Below are positions 20,198 through 33,600 of a stretch of 64,000 nt of DNA, piece after piece. The number at the start of each line of letters is the position of its first letter. The first letter of the stretch is position 1. The stretch is from Amphiscolops sp. MND2022 (lineage: Eukaryota). The DNA lies in NCBI GenBank assembly GCA_964187785.1, contig OZ076409.1, positions 13,580,001 to 13,644,000 of the forward strand, read 5' to 3'. The notes under the pieces are model-generated. The model made no database searches. It was not told the origin of the DNA and was given only the letters and a program-made list of their open reading frames with translations. The position numbers and the translations under genes were made by a program.

Positions 20198-23100
20198 TTA
20201 TTCCAACAGTTGGTCCTGTGGGGCTTCTTGGACTGAGGTGTTGCCCATGGCATCCACCGTATTCTGATATTCTTCATCTATGGTCAGCAAATTATTGAGC
20301 TCTGACTCTATGTCCGCTGCCTCCATGTTCGAGATATTGGTCTCCACTTCGTCTCTTACAGGAGTAGTGGCATCAGAGAACGTGAAGTTATTGTCAGTCA
20401 TAGGTTCCTCTGATGGTGGCATGACGCCTGGCACATCATCTTGTGCCCCTTCCACCAATATTTCATTGGAGTCTTGACTGAGGTGGGGTGTGGGAAAGAC
20501 GGTGCGAGAGCTGCCAGAGGCAGCTTCGCTCAAATCGCTAATCCCTGGGATAGCTTCGACTGATTCCAAGTTCGGCAGGCCGTCCGCTAATTCTTGATGG
20601 CCATATTGGGTGAACAGCTGCCTGAACGTTCGTATTCCCCTAGCATATTCTTCGCCCACGGCTCGAGTACGTTCTCGCTGGAGACCATGCAGACGCACGA
20701 ATATCTCTAGTGCCATACGCGGGTTGCTGGGAACGTCAGTGTTCACGGGCAAATCTTTCTTGCTTGGTTCTTTTGCTACTGTCGGAATAGTTGTTGGCAG
20801 CTGTTGGAAGGTCTGGTGTATAGCGAGGTCCACGAGCTCTGGCTGGGCCCAACATGTAATGGTATTCAAGATTCTGGCGGTATGCTCACGGGGTTCTGTT
20901 CTTGTACAATATATTCTGGAAGTGTCACACGCATAGGGATACAATAACCTAGTAGGTTCTTCTCCTTTTCGACGACCACCCAATCTTTGGATAATTGTTC
21001 TCAAGATACGCAGGACAACTGGCACGTCCCACCCTTCAAATGTCGCCACTGCTCCATTATTTGGATCAATGGGGGTATGTAGCCAAACTACCGGATGGAT
21101 TTCCATTGGCAAAGGGAGCGAGCTACGTGCTCTCGCCTTGATCAAGGTGAGATAGTTGTGCTCCACTTGTTGGCGGTCTTTGATTACGGTGTACGCCATG
21201 GGAGGTCGCAAGTTGGCAAAGCTGTGTATCACTGATTGATAGGTGGGACCCTGAAGGGGTCCATCAGAGGTCACGAAGTGTAGAATCGAGAGGGATGGGC
21301 TCACCGCTGCGACTCGCAGGGCCTGCGTTGGATAGCGCAGGGCCATAACTGCGCCAAAGATAGGCCAGACTACCGGAGCAATGAGGGGTATTAGGTCCTC
21401 TGTTTCCACGAGCATCAACGTTGCAACTTGTGTAGGGAACAGGAACCCAGGAAGTTGATTGGGGTCTCGGTTAATAGCTGGGCACTCATCCAGAGGATGC
21501 ATAATGCCTGAAACATTGACCCAGGTGGAATAAATCCACACTAGAAGTGCTTGAATGTTTAAGTCCAGTTGCGCCTTTAACTTCAAGGAACCCGCTGGGT
21601 CCAGAGTTTCAATGAGCGCAGATATCCAACCTCTTTGATTCTGCGAGAAAACTAGGAAGCTGAACAGGGCTGAGCCTCCCTTGTTGAGCACGAACTTTTG
21701 TATGAGGGCCGACGGTCCTCTGTACATCATGGTCAACCCCACGGCCATCAGATACGCTAGTAGTTCACTAACGGTCGCTCTTTCCATGGCCTCCATGTAA
21801 AGTCGCATTCGCTGCTCATCCAGGCCGTACTCGGCTTGTACTAAGGAAGGAAGCCAGAAGGGAGAGATGTTGTGGAGAAATACGGGAAATGTTATGCCCA
21901 GTCGGTCCGCGACTTGGCCCAGAGGTTCTCGTAGTTGATCGTGCCATGTTTGGTACGTGTGTGTCGGCTCTTGAATATTCCTTTGTACAATGTCTTGAGC
22001 CAGTATCAACAGCATGGCCAATGTGGGTGATCTTTGCCCAGGTTCAGCATCCAATGATATTTGTGCTATGGGGAAGATGGAGGAATTCTTTCTATCACCC
22101 TGAATCGTTTCGGTTTCTTTCATTAGATTCGTGAGTTCCTTGTGAAACTTGGGTTCATGTGTTTTCTCGTCTATGGTCGATTCGTCCCGGCGTTCAAACC
22201 AGAGGTTATCCACCAGGTTGTTGCGCTCACTTTCATTTGGATCGTTCACGATTCGGTCTCCACGCTCGTTCAATGATCGACGAGCCATTTCCATCCCGTA
22301 GTCGAATGCTGTTGCTTCATCTACTACCATTTGGGAGTTTCCGCGGTAACCGACGTATGATTGAAGGGCCTTTGAGACTTCAGCAATGAAGGCTGGGTAT
22401 GAGGCTTCACAAGGGCGCCAGCTATTATTGCTGATGCGTAAATTGGGGGCCACAATGTAGAAAGCCAGATCTCTTGCGTACGCTGCCTCCATTACTAGGT
22501 ACAAGAATTGTTGAAGGGTCCGGGGAAGGTGCACGTAGCCTGGAGGTGACATAAATACCGTTCCAGTGATAGCTTTCCTTCTGCGCATAGTTTGGGCAAT
22601 ATTCGCCATTGTCTCCACGTAGTTGGTTACTTCGTCGGTGACGAACCCCTCAGTAAACCTTTCGTGGTCTGGTCGGAAAAATTCCAGGGTCCCTCGCAGA
22701 GCGAGGTGATCTATCACATTTGAATATACCAGCAACGGAGGTAATGGGATGGTCTCTGTTCCCGCTTGGGTGAATACTTTGTCGGTCACCTCTGCCATTT
22801 CGTTCAGTGTTGTACAGGGCATGTTCATTATTCTGACATCCATGAGGGTATTGTGGGAGTTGAATGAAGACTTCATCGTCGAGTCGACGAAGAAGGCTAT
22901 TCTGGTTTTCTGCAAAAGGTCCTTTCCCATGGGTAGGATTGTAATGGGGTCCCTCGCATAGTTTTTAGTTCGCAAGCGATCTTCGTCGAAGCGGCCAGGG
23001 CGCTGTCGGAGGAAGTTGTCAGGAACACGCATGTATGTTGAGTTTACTCTCTCCAATTCTGCTCGCATGCGGTTGAACCATGGGGGGCATCCGTCTCGAG

Positions 23101-24292
23101 TGAACACTGGTTTCTTGACGGGACGATTGTAGAGTACTCCCACTGTGGCTTTTTCTATTTTCTGCCTTGTGGCGAGGTCCCCAGTTCCCGTTGCGGTCTC
23201 GAATTTCTGTCGTAGAGGGTCTTCTGGTGACGTTGTGGTTGGTATTTCCCGCTGCAGACGCAGTGCGTCGCGTGCAGTGATATCCAGCTGCCGTTTTTCC
23301 GAATGTGTTAGGAGTTCGTGTGTTATTCTCGGTCTCCTTGTTTCTGGTTGTGTGGGTGAGGCAGACAAGGGTTGCGGGACACTGGTCGAGCTCGATTGTT
23401 TACCTTGCATGGTCGCCTCTCTGGCTCGCTTTCCAGCTTTTATTTTCTCCCGGAGGTCTACCACAGTGTTGGCTGCCTTACTTTCAGCTTTTTGTTGTTC
23501 TCGCTGACGTTCTCGGAATTGTGGGTCCATTTGGAAGCCTACTAGGCTAGCTGGTTCTGAGGCTTGTGGAGGTTCCGAGACTTGTGATTCGGTTCTGGAG
23601 GACGTCTGAGTTAATTCTTCATATGAGTCTTTGAACGTCACCGTTCTCCTGGGCTGTTCTTCGCTCAGGGTAGCACTTGCTGTATTGTCTACTTGCACCC
23701 CTCCCCCCTGAAAGGTAGATGGAGGCATGAAGGTAGAGAATGGGGTGGTCAGTAGGCGAATGCCTTCCGATGCCAGGGGCATGGGCGGTGTTAGTACTGG
23801 GGGAGGCATGATTGGCAGCGTGCAGCTGAACTGCACCGGGTGCGGTGAGGGCAACGGGGTCGTAGTTTGCGTCTGTAACGTCTGTAGTGCTGATTGTGAA
23901 ATACGGAGTGATCGTTCTTGGTCCATGGGGGGCCTAGTAGGCTCTCCATAGACTACGTGAGAGCGAGGATCTATGAGGCTGTGGGTCAAGTCATACCCTT
24001 GCCAGGTACCGTCGCGGAAAGTGGCGGAGCGTTCTATCGGGCCGACTCGGCTGGTGATAGTGAAGCTAACATCAGGGTACTCTGCTTGAGCTTGGGTTTG
24101 GGCGATGATCATGGCGAAGCCAGTGATCATTGTGGGTGTCGCTCCGTTTAGTAGAGTGTCTTGGACAAGAGCTAGTTGGTCGACTCGACCATCTATTTCG
24201 CTCATCATTGGAGGTGGGTCGTTCCTTGTGGATGGTTGGGCACGCGCAGCGTTCTGGGGTGCAGGCAGGCGGTGTCGCGCAGATGGGTCCAT
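20198..24292 (-). CDS. Retrotransposon accessory ORF2 (~1364 aa from first ATG) with SGNH/GDSL-esterase-like domain
   Basis: Long intact ORF (open to 24340) homologous to 518-4885 in the same position relative to pol. Confidence 0.88.
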   Translation of the reverse strand: MDPSARHRLPAPQNAARAQPSTRNDPPPMMSEIDGRVDQLALVQDTLLNGATPTMITGFAMIIAQTQAQAEYPDVSFTITSRVGPIERSATFRDGTWQGYDLTHSLIDPRSHVVYGEPTRPPMDQERSLRISQSALQTLQTQTTTPLPSPHPVQFSCTLPIMPPPVLTPPMPLASEGIRLLTTPFSTFMPPSTFQGGGVQVDNTASATLSEEQPRRTVTFKDSYEELTQTSSRTESQVSEPPQASEPASLVGFQMDPQFRERQREQQKAESKAANTVVDLREKIKAGKRAREATMQGKQSSSTSVPQPLSASPTQPETRRPRITHELLTHSEKRQLDITARDALRLQREIPTTTSPEDPLRQKFETATGTGDLATRQKIEKATVGVLYNRPVKKPVFTRDGCPPWFNRMRAELERVNSTYMRVPDNFLRQRPGRFDEDRLRTKNYARDPITILPMGKDLLQKTRIAFFVDSTMKSSFNSHNTLMDVRIMNMPCTTLNEMAEVTDKVFTQAGTETIPLPPLLVYSNVIDHLALRGTLEFFRPDHERFTEGFVTDEVTNYVETMANIAQTMRRRKAITGTVFMSPPGYVHLPRTLQQFLYLVMEAAYARDLAFYIVAPNLRISNNSWRPCEASYPAFIAEVSKALQSYVGYRGNSQMVVDEATAFDYGMEMARRSLNERGDRIVNDPNESERNNLVDNLWFERRDESTIDEKTHEPKFHKELTNLMKETETIQGDRKNSSIFPIAQISLDAEPGQRSPTLAMLLILAQDIVQRNIQEPTHTYQTWHDQLREPLGQVADRLGITFPVFLHNISPFWLPSLVQAEYGLDEQRMRLYMEAMERATVSELLAYLMAVGLTMMYRGPSALIQKFVLNKGGSALFSFLVFSQNQRGWISALIETLDPAGSLKLKAQLDLNIQALLVWIYSTWVNVSGIMHPLDECPAINRDPNQLPGFLFPTQVATLMLVETEDLIPLIAPVVWPIFGAVMALRYPTQALRVAAVSPSLSILHFVTSDGPLQGPTYQSVIHSFANLRPPMAYTVIKDRQQVEHNYLTLIKARARSSLPLPMEIHPVVWLHTPIDPNNGAVATFEGWDVPVVLRILRTIIQRLGGRRKGEEPTRLLYPYACDTSRIYCTRTEPREHTARILNTITCWAQPELVDLAIHQTFQQLPTTIPTVAKEPSKKDLPVNTDVPSNPRMALEIFVRLHGLQRERTRAVGEEYARGIRTFRQLFTQYGHQELADGLPNLESVEAIPGISDLSEAASGSSRTVFPTPHLSQDSNEILVEGAQDDVPGVMPPSEEPMTDNNFTFSDATTPVRDEVETNISNMEAADIESELNNLLTIDEEYQNTVDAMGNTSVQEAPQDQLLE

Positions 24293-24397
24293 TGGAAACG
24301 ATGATAAAGGAATGTTTAGCACCGAAGATCGTGATGGCAAGACTGATTTGGCGTGATAAGTAGGGGGGCCGCGCAGAGGCGAGGCAACAGGACAAAA

Positions 24398-24411
24398 CTG
24401 AAAAACAGGTC
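24398..24411 (-). promoter_or_regulatory. Putative 3' splice acceptor for ORF2 subgenomic mRNA (element B)
   Basis: Minus strand GACCTGTTTTTCAG|TTTTGTC between the pol stop and ORF2 ATG. Confidence 0.5.
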
Positions 24412-24623
24412 ACAGTTGGAGATAAGACATCACATAGACGGGTGGGCAGTTAAACTTTTTAGGACGAACACACAAACACAAGGTTAAAAAGTTTCCAGTG
24501 GTTAGTACTAAAATTTGCGCTTGTCGGCGCGGCTTTGTTAAAATTTTAAGGTGCTTCGAATTAACTAAAGGCAATGCAAAAGGCCAGTGGCCTGATATGC
24601 CAATTAGAGAGCGAGACGTGCTC

Positions 24624-27600
24624 TTAACTACCGCCAAAATTGGCAGAGGTAATCGATGCTATCGTGACATAGACGCGATCGTGCAAAATTATTGTAATGT
24701 TGTGGTCTGCAAAGTGGTCGCGTAGTGTGGCGTACCAGGCTGGAAGGAGGTTCATCGATCGCTCAGGATCATAGATGGGCAAGTGGATTCTGGTAATGTG
24801 GTTTCGATGGAGCTGGGTTATCAAATTTGTCAAACACGCATGGAGTACTTCATGTAAGAGTGGATGTTTGTTCGATGCTCTGGTACATAGAAGGAAGATT
24901 TCGTTATTCCAGGGTGCAGTTGGCGAGCGGGTTAAGCGAATTGCGGTGCCAACTGACGGTCTTAGGCGAAATATGTTTTCTTGACCGTATTCGCGTATGA
25001 CGTAACGGATTGTGGCAGAGTAAGAGAGCAAATCCGCAGGGCAGCATAGTATCACAGTGCCAGGTGCCTGCAGGATATCTGTATTGTCATAACTTATCCA
25101 AGGTAAGTAATTCGGTCTGGTTTTGGGCTGGGTTATGAGCCATTTGCCGGTGGTTTTGCTCTGATCATCGGTTGGTCGGGGTGCCAAATGCTGCAAGATT
25201 GCTTTTCGGTCTTCCCAGACAGTTCGGCGTAGAGGTCTATCTCCCAAGTTTGTAGATGACCAATCATGTACTATCGAGAGTGCTTCGCTAACTGTGACGG
25301 GTTTTTCCGGTGTATAAAATTGTCGATCCAAGAAGTGGATCTTCGCCTGTCGGCAGAAGACGACCGCTATTAATTGTAGCCAATGTTGGCTTAGGAACTT
25401 GCCACGATAAATATCGGCCATGTGGAAACAAAGCGTGTTCTCAGGTTCGGTTACTGTACGCAAGCTTTCTAAGCACATCAGTAAAGTTGTGGGAGATACC
25501 AATGTCGTTGCGTCTAGAGAGGTGACAAGTAGGCACCAACCAATGGTGGGCTGATATATGTCTCCCGGTGGGGAGGCAATGTGATATTTCTCCCACAGTT
25601 GGTGTGCAGTGATACAGCGAATCATCTCCGGGCTACTATCCTCTTTCGCTAGCTCGCCGAACGTCATCGAGGGTGGCAAAGGCGGTATGATGGCATGTAG
25701 GGTGAATTCTAGACCGCCTCGATGGGGAGGTGTCCATTCTTTGAATCGGTAAGTCGGGCAGTCGGAGGGAGATGTCGCGTGCATTGCTTTGAGTGTTTCT
25801 TCCAGCGGTGGTATCACTTCTCGTTCCACACTAGTGAAAGTTTTTTCTACCGTGATGATCAAATGGTGTACTAGCGGGGGTGTCTCCACTTTTTCTCGCT
25901 GGGCTTGCACGGTTAAGATCTCATGTTGTGGGTGATAATGTGTTCTGGCCATCAAGAGATCCCTGGCAGGGACTACCGCTCCCCGGGCCAATCGGTTGTC
26001 CGGTGAATCGCGAGTTAGATGCTTGACGCAACTACAGTTGCGGGAACCACAGGTTCCACACTTGTATCGTGGTGCTCTATTAGCTCGCAGTTGATATCGT
26101 GATGTTCGTGATGGTGGTCTCGGTTCTGAGTCCTGGACATCTGGTGGTTGTTGGCTTTCGGGTATTTCTGGCAGAGTCATCGCTCGGTCTAATTTTCGAG
26201 GGGGTGCACGAGTGCTCATTCTTGTCCTAGGGCCTCTTCTGGATCGTGCGGTTTGGGTTCGCGACGATGTCGTGGTTCTACTGGATGGTATAGCGCGGGG
26301 TCGTCCTCGACCTGGTGGTCGGCCTCGAGGCCGTCCTCTGCGATTCGTGGTATCGGGTTGTGTTGAGCAATGGCTTGGACTGCGATAGGTTATCTCTTCT
26401 TCGTTCTCAGTTTCTGACTTTGGTTTAATTTCTATCGGGTCGATTGGGTCCTCCAATTGGGGGCCAAACAAGGGAAAGTTACTCAGGGTGTCCGTTAGGG
26501 ACGGATTGGATAGTAGGGGGGCTGAGGTCCCTGAGGGTGATGGTATCAGACTTGTAGGTACGGCTGGCTGAATTTCCTCCTGGTCGGAGTACAGTGGTTC
26601 TAGGTCGTCCAAGTCGGGGAACACTACTGGCGGTGGTGGGCTCTGGATCGGCGGCTCATTTTCCTCTCTTTCGGAATCTGAGTTAGAGGGGTATCCGAAG
26701 TGGCTGAATCTTCTTCGGGGTATTCCTTGCTCGAGTGCCGTTTGGGTACGAGTCTGAATGGTACGAGGTGGAATCGATCCTGTTGGTTCCATTTCGAAGG
26801 ATGCTTCCGGAAGTTGTTCCGGTAGGAAAGAGTCTTGGGAGATGTCGGACGCTATCTCTTCATTGCTTTCTTCTACGTACGGATCAGCAATGATGGCTAC
26901 GTTTTGATCCGGCCCAAAGGGCTGGTGTGCGGCCCAGTCCCAAGGGGCAGGCACATGCTTTTTTAATCTTTCGTAGTGGACCTTTTGGCCAGTGTCTAAC
27001 ACATATAATCGTCCGTCCTGCAACACGTCGGTCACCTTGTGGGGTCCACGCCATGCGCGAATCAGCTTGCGGGTGCCACCCTTGGGTATGATATGGCAGA
27101 ATACCCACACCGCATCGCCTACAGCGTGCGCTTTGGCCTTCAGGTGGCGGTCAAACTCCAGCTTCTGCCGTAGCTGTGCTTGGTGTGTATTTCTTCTGAC
27201 AAGTTCATGGATTTCTTGCTGTCTGGCTAGAAGATGTTCTACAAATTCTTCTTTGGAATCGAATCCTCGCGCAACAAATTCTGGGTAGATGAATGACAAG
27301 GGAATGGATTTCTCGGCTCCGTGTTGGAGCATATAGGGAGAGAATCCCGTGGTTGCGTGTCTAGTTGAATTGTACGCACCGAGGATTCCATCAATGTGCT
27401 CATCCCAATCCTGCATTCGTCGCGAAGTGTAGACTCTGAGCAGTGTGAGTAACGTTCGATTCTGCCTTTCCACGAGTCCATTCCCTCGAGGATGCGCTGG
27501 AGTGGATGTCACTTTAGTGACTTGCGAGGCTTTCATTAGCTCCTGTGCGATTTCAGCTGTGAAATTCGTGGCATTGTCGGATTGCATGCGTGCTGGAGTG

Positions 27601-30600
27601 CCGTGCCTGGCAAACCATTTATTAAGGATGATCTTAGCGGTGGTTTGAGCATCATATTCGTCGTGGGCACACGGAACAGCCTCGGCGAATTTCGTGAAGT
27701 GGTCTATCATGACTAAGAGACCGGTGTTTCCCGATTCGGTCTTGCATAGTTTGAGGTGGTCGAATTGCACTAGGTCGTTGAAATTGCTGCTGTTGATGTT
27801 CTGCAAGGGGTAGCAAGGGTTCCCGGCGGGGTGTTTTGTTTGTTGGCAGGTTAAGCAGTGCTTAATGTGATTGACTATGTCACGCTTAATGCCCGGCCAG
27901 GTGTGCCGCTCTTGTACTCTCGCTAGCACCTTCCCTACGCCCTGATGTCCCGATTCGTCGTGTGCCCTATACAGAATCTCGTGTTGGTATAGTTGTGGCA
28001 TGACTATCATACACGGTCGCACGTGCAGCGCACGTTGTTGCGGAACGTAGTTGACGCAGAGGATGTCGTCTGGGTTCAGGAAGAGCAGGTCTTTCTTTTG
28101 ATGGAAGTAGCGTCGCGCGAAGTCCTGCACGTCTTCGGGGAACATTGTGTCTTCCAGTGGTTCGCCGTTCATGAGTTTCCTCAGCGCTAGGAGGTGCACG
28201 TCTCTATTTTGTGCTAGGTGCAGGTCCTTGAGGCCACGCCTAGTTAGAAAGTGTTCGTGCAGCTCCGTCCCGACCGTTCTAAGGGCGTGGGCTTGTCTTT
28301 GGCACTCGGGTGGCATCTCTTCAAGCACAGGATCAGGTTCTCCAGTGTCTAGGCGTGCCGGTGGCACTTTGGTCGTGATGCTGAGGATGTGACTCGGTCG
28401 GTGATCCTCGTCCGTGGTGGGTGTCGCTTCCCACTGTATTTGGGGGTACCATGGGGCACCATTCACCGGGGGTTCTTGCAAGCTCGTCTTGGGCCTTTTT
28501 CCCAAGATATACAGCAGTGGGAGTTGGGCTCGAGCTTCCGGCGGGAGCTCTGGATGGTTTGGTATTGGGCGTCCGTGTTTGTCAAAGTATGGCACGGTGG
28601 GGAGTGCTTCATAGTCTTCTTTGGTCATGAAGTTGAATCCTTCACTCACTTCCGGTAACTTCTCGAGGATTTTCTCCCGGTGCACATAGTCGTTGGTCCG
28701 TTTGCTGAGGACGTTTCGATGCTGTGTGCGAGGTCGGTGGATCGTCTTGAAGTTGTATTGATCCAGACGGGCTATCCAGCGACCTATCATGGCTTGGTCA
28801 ATGGAGTACGTTTTAAGCCATGACAGGTCCTGATTGTCCACACGGAGCGTGAACTCTCGGCCTGCGAGATATGAGTGGAATTTCTCTATGAAGTAAAATA
28901 CTGCGTACATTTCCAACTTGGGTGCTCCATAGTTCAGCTGCGTCTTCGTTAGGGATTTGCTCCCGAAGACTATTGGCCGTAAAATAGTTTTCCCATTGTG
29001 TTCTTGTTCCTGGTGCAGGATTCCAGCTATCGCTACCGCACTAGCATCTGTATCGAGCACGAATCGTCCGTCTTCATTTGGGGCTGCCAAGGCGGTCGCG
29101 TTTGCTAGTGCTTCCTTTACTGCATCGAAGGCTTCTTGGTGTTTTATTTCCCAGTGGAAATGCTGACTTTTCTTGAGCAACTCTTGCAGGGGTTGCACTT
29201 TGGCTGCATGAAACGGTACAAAGTCTCGGTAATAGTTTGCAAACCCTAGGAAGCTCTGAAGCTCCTCTTTGTTTCTCGGGGGCATCCATTCTTGGATTTT
29301 GACTATTGCTTCGGGGTCTGGTCTGATGCCTTCCGAGGACACCACTCGCCCCAGGTACTTTGTCTCCGTGCGCATGAAATCACATTTCTCGGCACGCATC
29401 TTGAATCCAGCCTCTCGGAGACACTCGAATACTTCCTTGATTCGTACGATGTGGTCTTCTATGGTTTCCGTGGCGATAACTATGTCGTCAATGTAAGCCA
29501 TGACGACACTCCCGTGTCGCTGCTGGATCCGTTGCAGGGCTCGTGTAATGGAGCGCTGAAATGTGGCCGATGCATTGCATAGCCCAAAGGGCATGCGCCG
29601 CCATTCGAACAATCCCAGTTCGCAGGCAAATGCTGTTTTCCTTCTATCGCGCTTCTTTAGCGGTATTTGCCAGAAGGCCCACGCTAGGTCAATACTTGTG
29701 AAAATTTTCGCATTGCCTATCCGGGATAGACTTTCATCAATCCTGGGCAATGGAAACCCGTCCTTGACCGTTACGTCGTTGAGCGGTCGGAAGTCACAGC
29801 AGAAGCGAAGTTCGCCAGTTTTCTTTTTGACCATGACTATTCCGCTTGCCCACGGTGAATAGGAGGGTTGAATTAGGCCAAGGGCCAGTAGATTCCGCAC
29901 CTCTTGATTAGCCTTTGCTGCCTTATCTGGGGACATGCGCCGAGCGCCTTCTCTATGCGGGATAGCTTCCGGCTCTAGTTCTATACGATGTTTCGCTATT
30001 TTGCACCTCCCTATGTCAGCTTTATGTTTCATAAAAAGGTCATCGTACTCGCTCAGGACGCTTGCTAGTTGATCTCTCGCTCCCTCCCCCCATGAAGAAA
30101 GGACGGAAGAAAGGTCTGGACCTGGTATAGGTTTTAGTAATTGTGGGTCAGTCTGAGCACGCTTCTCGCTTTCCGATAATCCTTCTTCAGATATCTCAGT
30201 AGAGGACAAGAAGTTTTGAGCAAAAGAACTATATTCTGAACTCGTTTCGTTTAACCACTCTTCGGTATAAACTCTATTAACTTGTTCAAACAAAGGTTTA
30301 TCAATTTCGGTTGCCGTGTCGGCAGCCACAGGTTGTAACACAAAGTTTGTAGGTTCTGCCTTACCGAGGACAGTTTTGGTTTGAATGGTTACGTTTTCAG
30401 AGGGGGTAGTGTTTCGTAGGGCTATGAAGACAATGCCTTCATCTCCAACAGACGTCAATGTATCTTCTGAAACAAAGGGGGATCGTTTATATACCCCCTG
30501 GGGGCGAATCATTACGTTTCGGAAAAGGTACTCGTTGTGCTTTTGAGAAATAACTTGGGCTCGTACTAGCTTACGCTCGTAAGGGCCTAGAACTACTTTT

Positions 30601-33600
30601 TCGGTGGATATCACTAGGGATGGCTCATGATCACTTACCTCATGGACGGGTTTGAAGTGGCGTGGCGCTTTGGGGTCTCGTATGGTGACCCTCATGGCCG
30701 TCAAGTCCACGAGAACGTTGTAAGTGCGCAAGAAGTTTCTGCCAAGTAGGAAGTCTTCCGCGCCTAGGTGATCGGCAATGACTATGAAATTGGTTCGGAG
30801 GGTATATCCGCCCAACTGGAAGCTAACATTTTCGGCAATTCCGATGGTGTTGATGGTTTTACCATTGGCGGCATACAGTTGGATGTCATATGGTAGGAGG
30901 CTCAAGGCGTGGGGTGATGCAATTTTTTGATAGGCTTTGAGGGAGAGAATGGAGACACCGGAACCGGTGTCTATCATCCCGTACAAGGGTATTGGTTCCT
31001 GGATAGTGTTGCCAAAGGCAACCACCAGGGATGCCCGTTCGTCAATACGAGCCTCCCCCTGGGCATCTTGCACTCCGATGTTATAACATCGTAACTCCTG
31101 GCGGCCCAAGTACAATCCCTGAGGGAAGTGACCTTCTAAGACTACAATAGCGTCAAATTTCATGTCTACACCGTCCACGTTAATGGCTACCGGCACCGGA
31201 GAAACGGTCTTAACTTTCTGTATTGGGGCCAGTTTCGTTTCGTCTTCTCTCGCGAAATGTGGGAGCGGTCGCGCTGCGATAGTATATTTCACGTTTCTGC
31301 ATAATTCCTCCTTTAGTTGCGATAGCGTCAGCGTGGGTCGCGTTTTTTGTTCGGCCGAGAGAAGCAAGTGTATCGAGATAAGTGTCTCTGTGCAATCTGG
31401 GGCGGGTGCCTCTAGTGTGGTGAGTACTTGTTTCTCGCCACAAGTGACTACTACAGGTCGGGAGGGACCCCCATCTTCCGCTACTGATATTACCCGGACT
31501 TGGTCGTCTTGGCTCAGGCCATCGAATTGACTTGGTGAAGGAGCATACCAAGCTGCACGGATTTGTTCTTCGTGACTCATTTGCTCCGAGGCCATGCATT
31601 CTGACGCCGAGTGCTCAGTACGGCCGCAATTAATGCAGAAGGCAACTGTGCCTTGGGTTGGTAGGGATGCTGGGAAAACATCATAGTTCAAGCCATGTGG
31701 CTGGGAGGGGCACACCCAACTACCTGTCGGGTTCGTGTGACAGGAGTTCACTTGCTGTTGTACCGGCTTCCGTGCACGGTCTTTCAGGGGGCAGTCCACC
31801 ACAAAATGCGATGGGTCTCCGCAGTTGAAGCACGCTCTTTGGGGTTGCTGTCGATAGGCTGCCGGTGGCCTGGGTTGTTGTTGGTATGCTGCTGGTTGGG
31901 GAGGCTGTTGTTGTTGCATTTTTTGGGCAGGCGCGGGTGCTACTGGAGACTGATTTGGTTGTTGGATATTGGCTTGTTGTTGTGGAGGGGGCATCATTGG
32001 GTAGTTGTCCGAACGAGTTGAGCCTCGCATGCGTAAGTATTGTTGTACTGTGAAGCGGAGGGCTTCCACTGTTGGCGGGGTTTCTACGTATTGTTCCGGT
32101 GCATACATTAGCGCGAGGTTCCTTTTTAGTTCGAAGTTGCGTACTCCCTCAATGAATCTTTGCATGATTTCGTATCGACGAACTGTCACCTCTTCATTGG
32201 GGTAACCTTGACTACGCAGGCCTTCGAGGGCGTCAAGGTATTGCATGTAGTCCTCCTCGCTATTCTGGTTGCGGGTTCTAAATTGCTGTTGGATATGGAT
32301 TTTGCTGGAACCTGTCCCAAAGCGACGCGCCAGCAACGCGAATACTTTTTCGTCAGTGTCCCTCTCGGCTTCGGACTTATTCGTGATGTAATCTCTGGCT
32401 TCATGCTCTAGATACTCAATTATTGTCCACGCTTTATCGAGGGGGGTCGCCTTAGGGTGTGCTTTTTCCAAATGGCGTTTCATTAACATCATCCATCCAT
32501 CTGCGTTTCCGTCTCGGGTTCCTCTATATTTCGTAGGCTTGTTTTTAGATTCCTTGGCGGCGAGCAATGGCTCCAAGCCTTTAGACATGGCCGTAGATAT
32601 TGCTTCCGCTAGTGCTTGTCGTTGGGTAGTTCTCGGCGTGTCTGGGGTCTCTTCTGCCATTGAGGGCATTTCTTCAATGTCGCTGTGTTCGCCTTTGCCT
32701 TGCTCTAAATTCCGCTTGTTTGTCATCTTACGCTGTGTACTGGTGGCCACTGGCCGCGGAACGAAGTCTCTGAACGTCTGCGTTCGCGCAGGTGGGCGGA
32801 ATGCTGCACTGGAATCGGCCGTGTAGTAGCTGGTCCTGCGGGTGTTCGTTTCGTCGGCGGCGGAATGAAAATCGCCGGAGGTTGATGTTCCGCGAGCGTA
32901 CTGGTCAAACGACGGCGGGTCAGTCATTGGGTCCGTACCTGCGTCTCGTGATTCCGTGTGGGTTACTTTAGCCATCTTGCTAGCTTTAGACAGGTCACGC
33001 CTGTACGTTGCGGGCGGCACTAGTTTTGGAGGCCTAGGAGGCTCTACTGTGTGTTGTGCCACCGTCCTATAATGAGGTTGGGGAGCTTCGCTTGTAGATG
33101 GCATTTCGGTCTGTTGATATTTTTGGGGAATCCGCGGCGCCGTTTGTGCTTGCTGCGCGGGGGTTTGCGACACGATTGCTTTCACTCCCAATGTCAAATC
33201 TTGCATTGCCATCATCAAGTCCGTCATGCGGACATTGGAGTCTATGTCGCGACGCTGCATCGTGTTTGTCATTGCTTTCATGCGTTCATCTGCTTGGCGG
33301 TCTCTTTCTCTCATTATTGCAGACATCTCGGCCATGCGAGCGTCCGCTGTAGTTTCTCTCTGTTTAATCAGATCATTGAGAGATGCCATTGACGCTTCCA
33401 GTCGACCTTGATTTTGTCGCCCCTCCGCTTGCATTTCCAACAGACCTTTTCGTAGCTCGTCCATGTCCCTCATTATCATGTCGGCGCGCATCTCATGTTC
33501 GTTGTTTTCCCTCGCCAGCCTCGTCTGGACTTGAGCTAGCTGAGCCAGACTACTCTGAAAGTCTTCTCGAACCGTTTGCATTTCCTTCCTTGCTTTGGTT

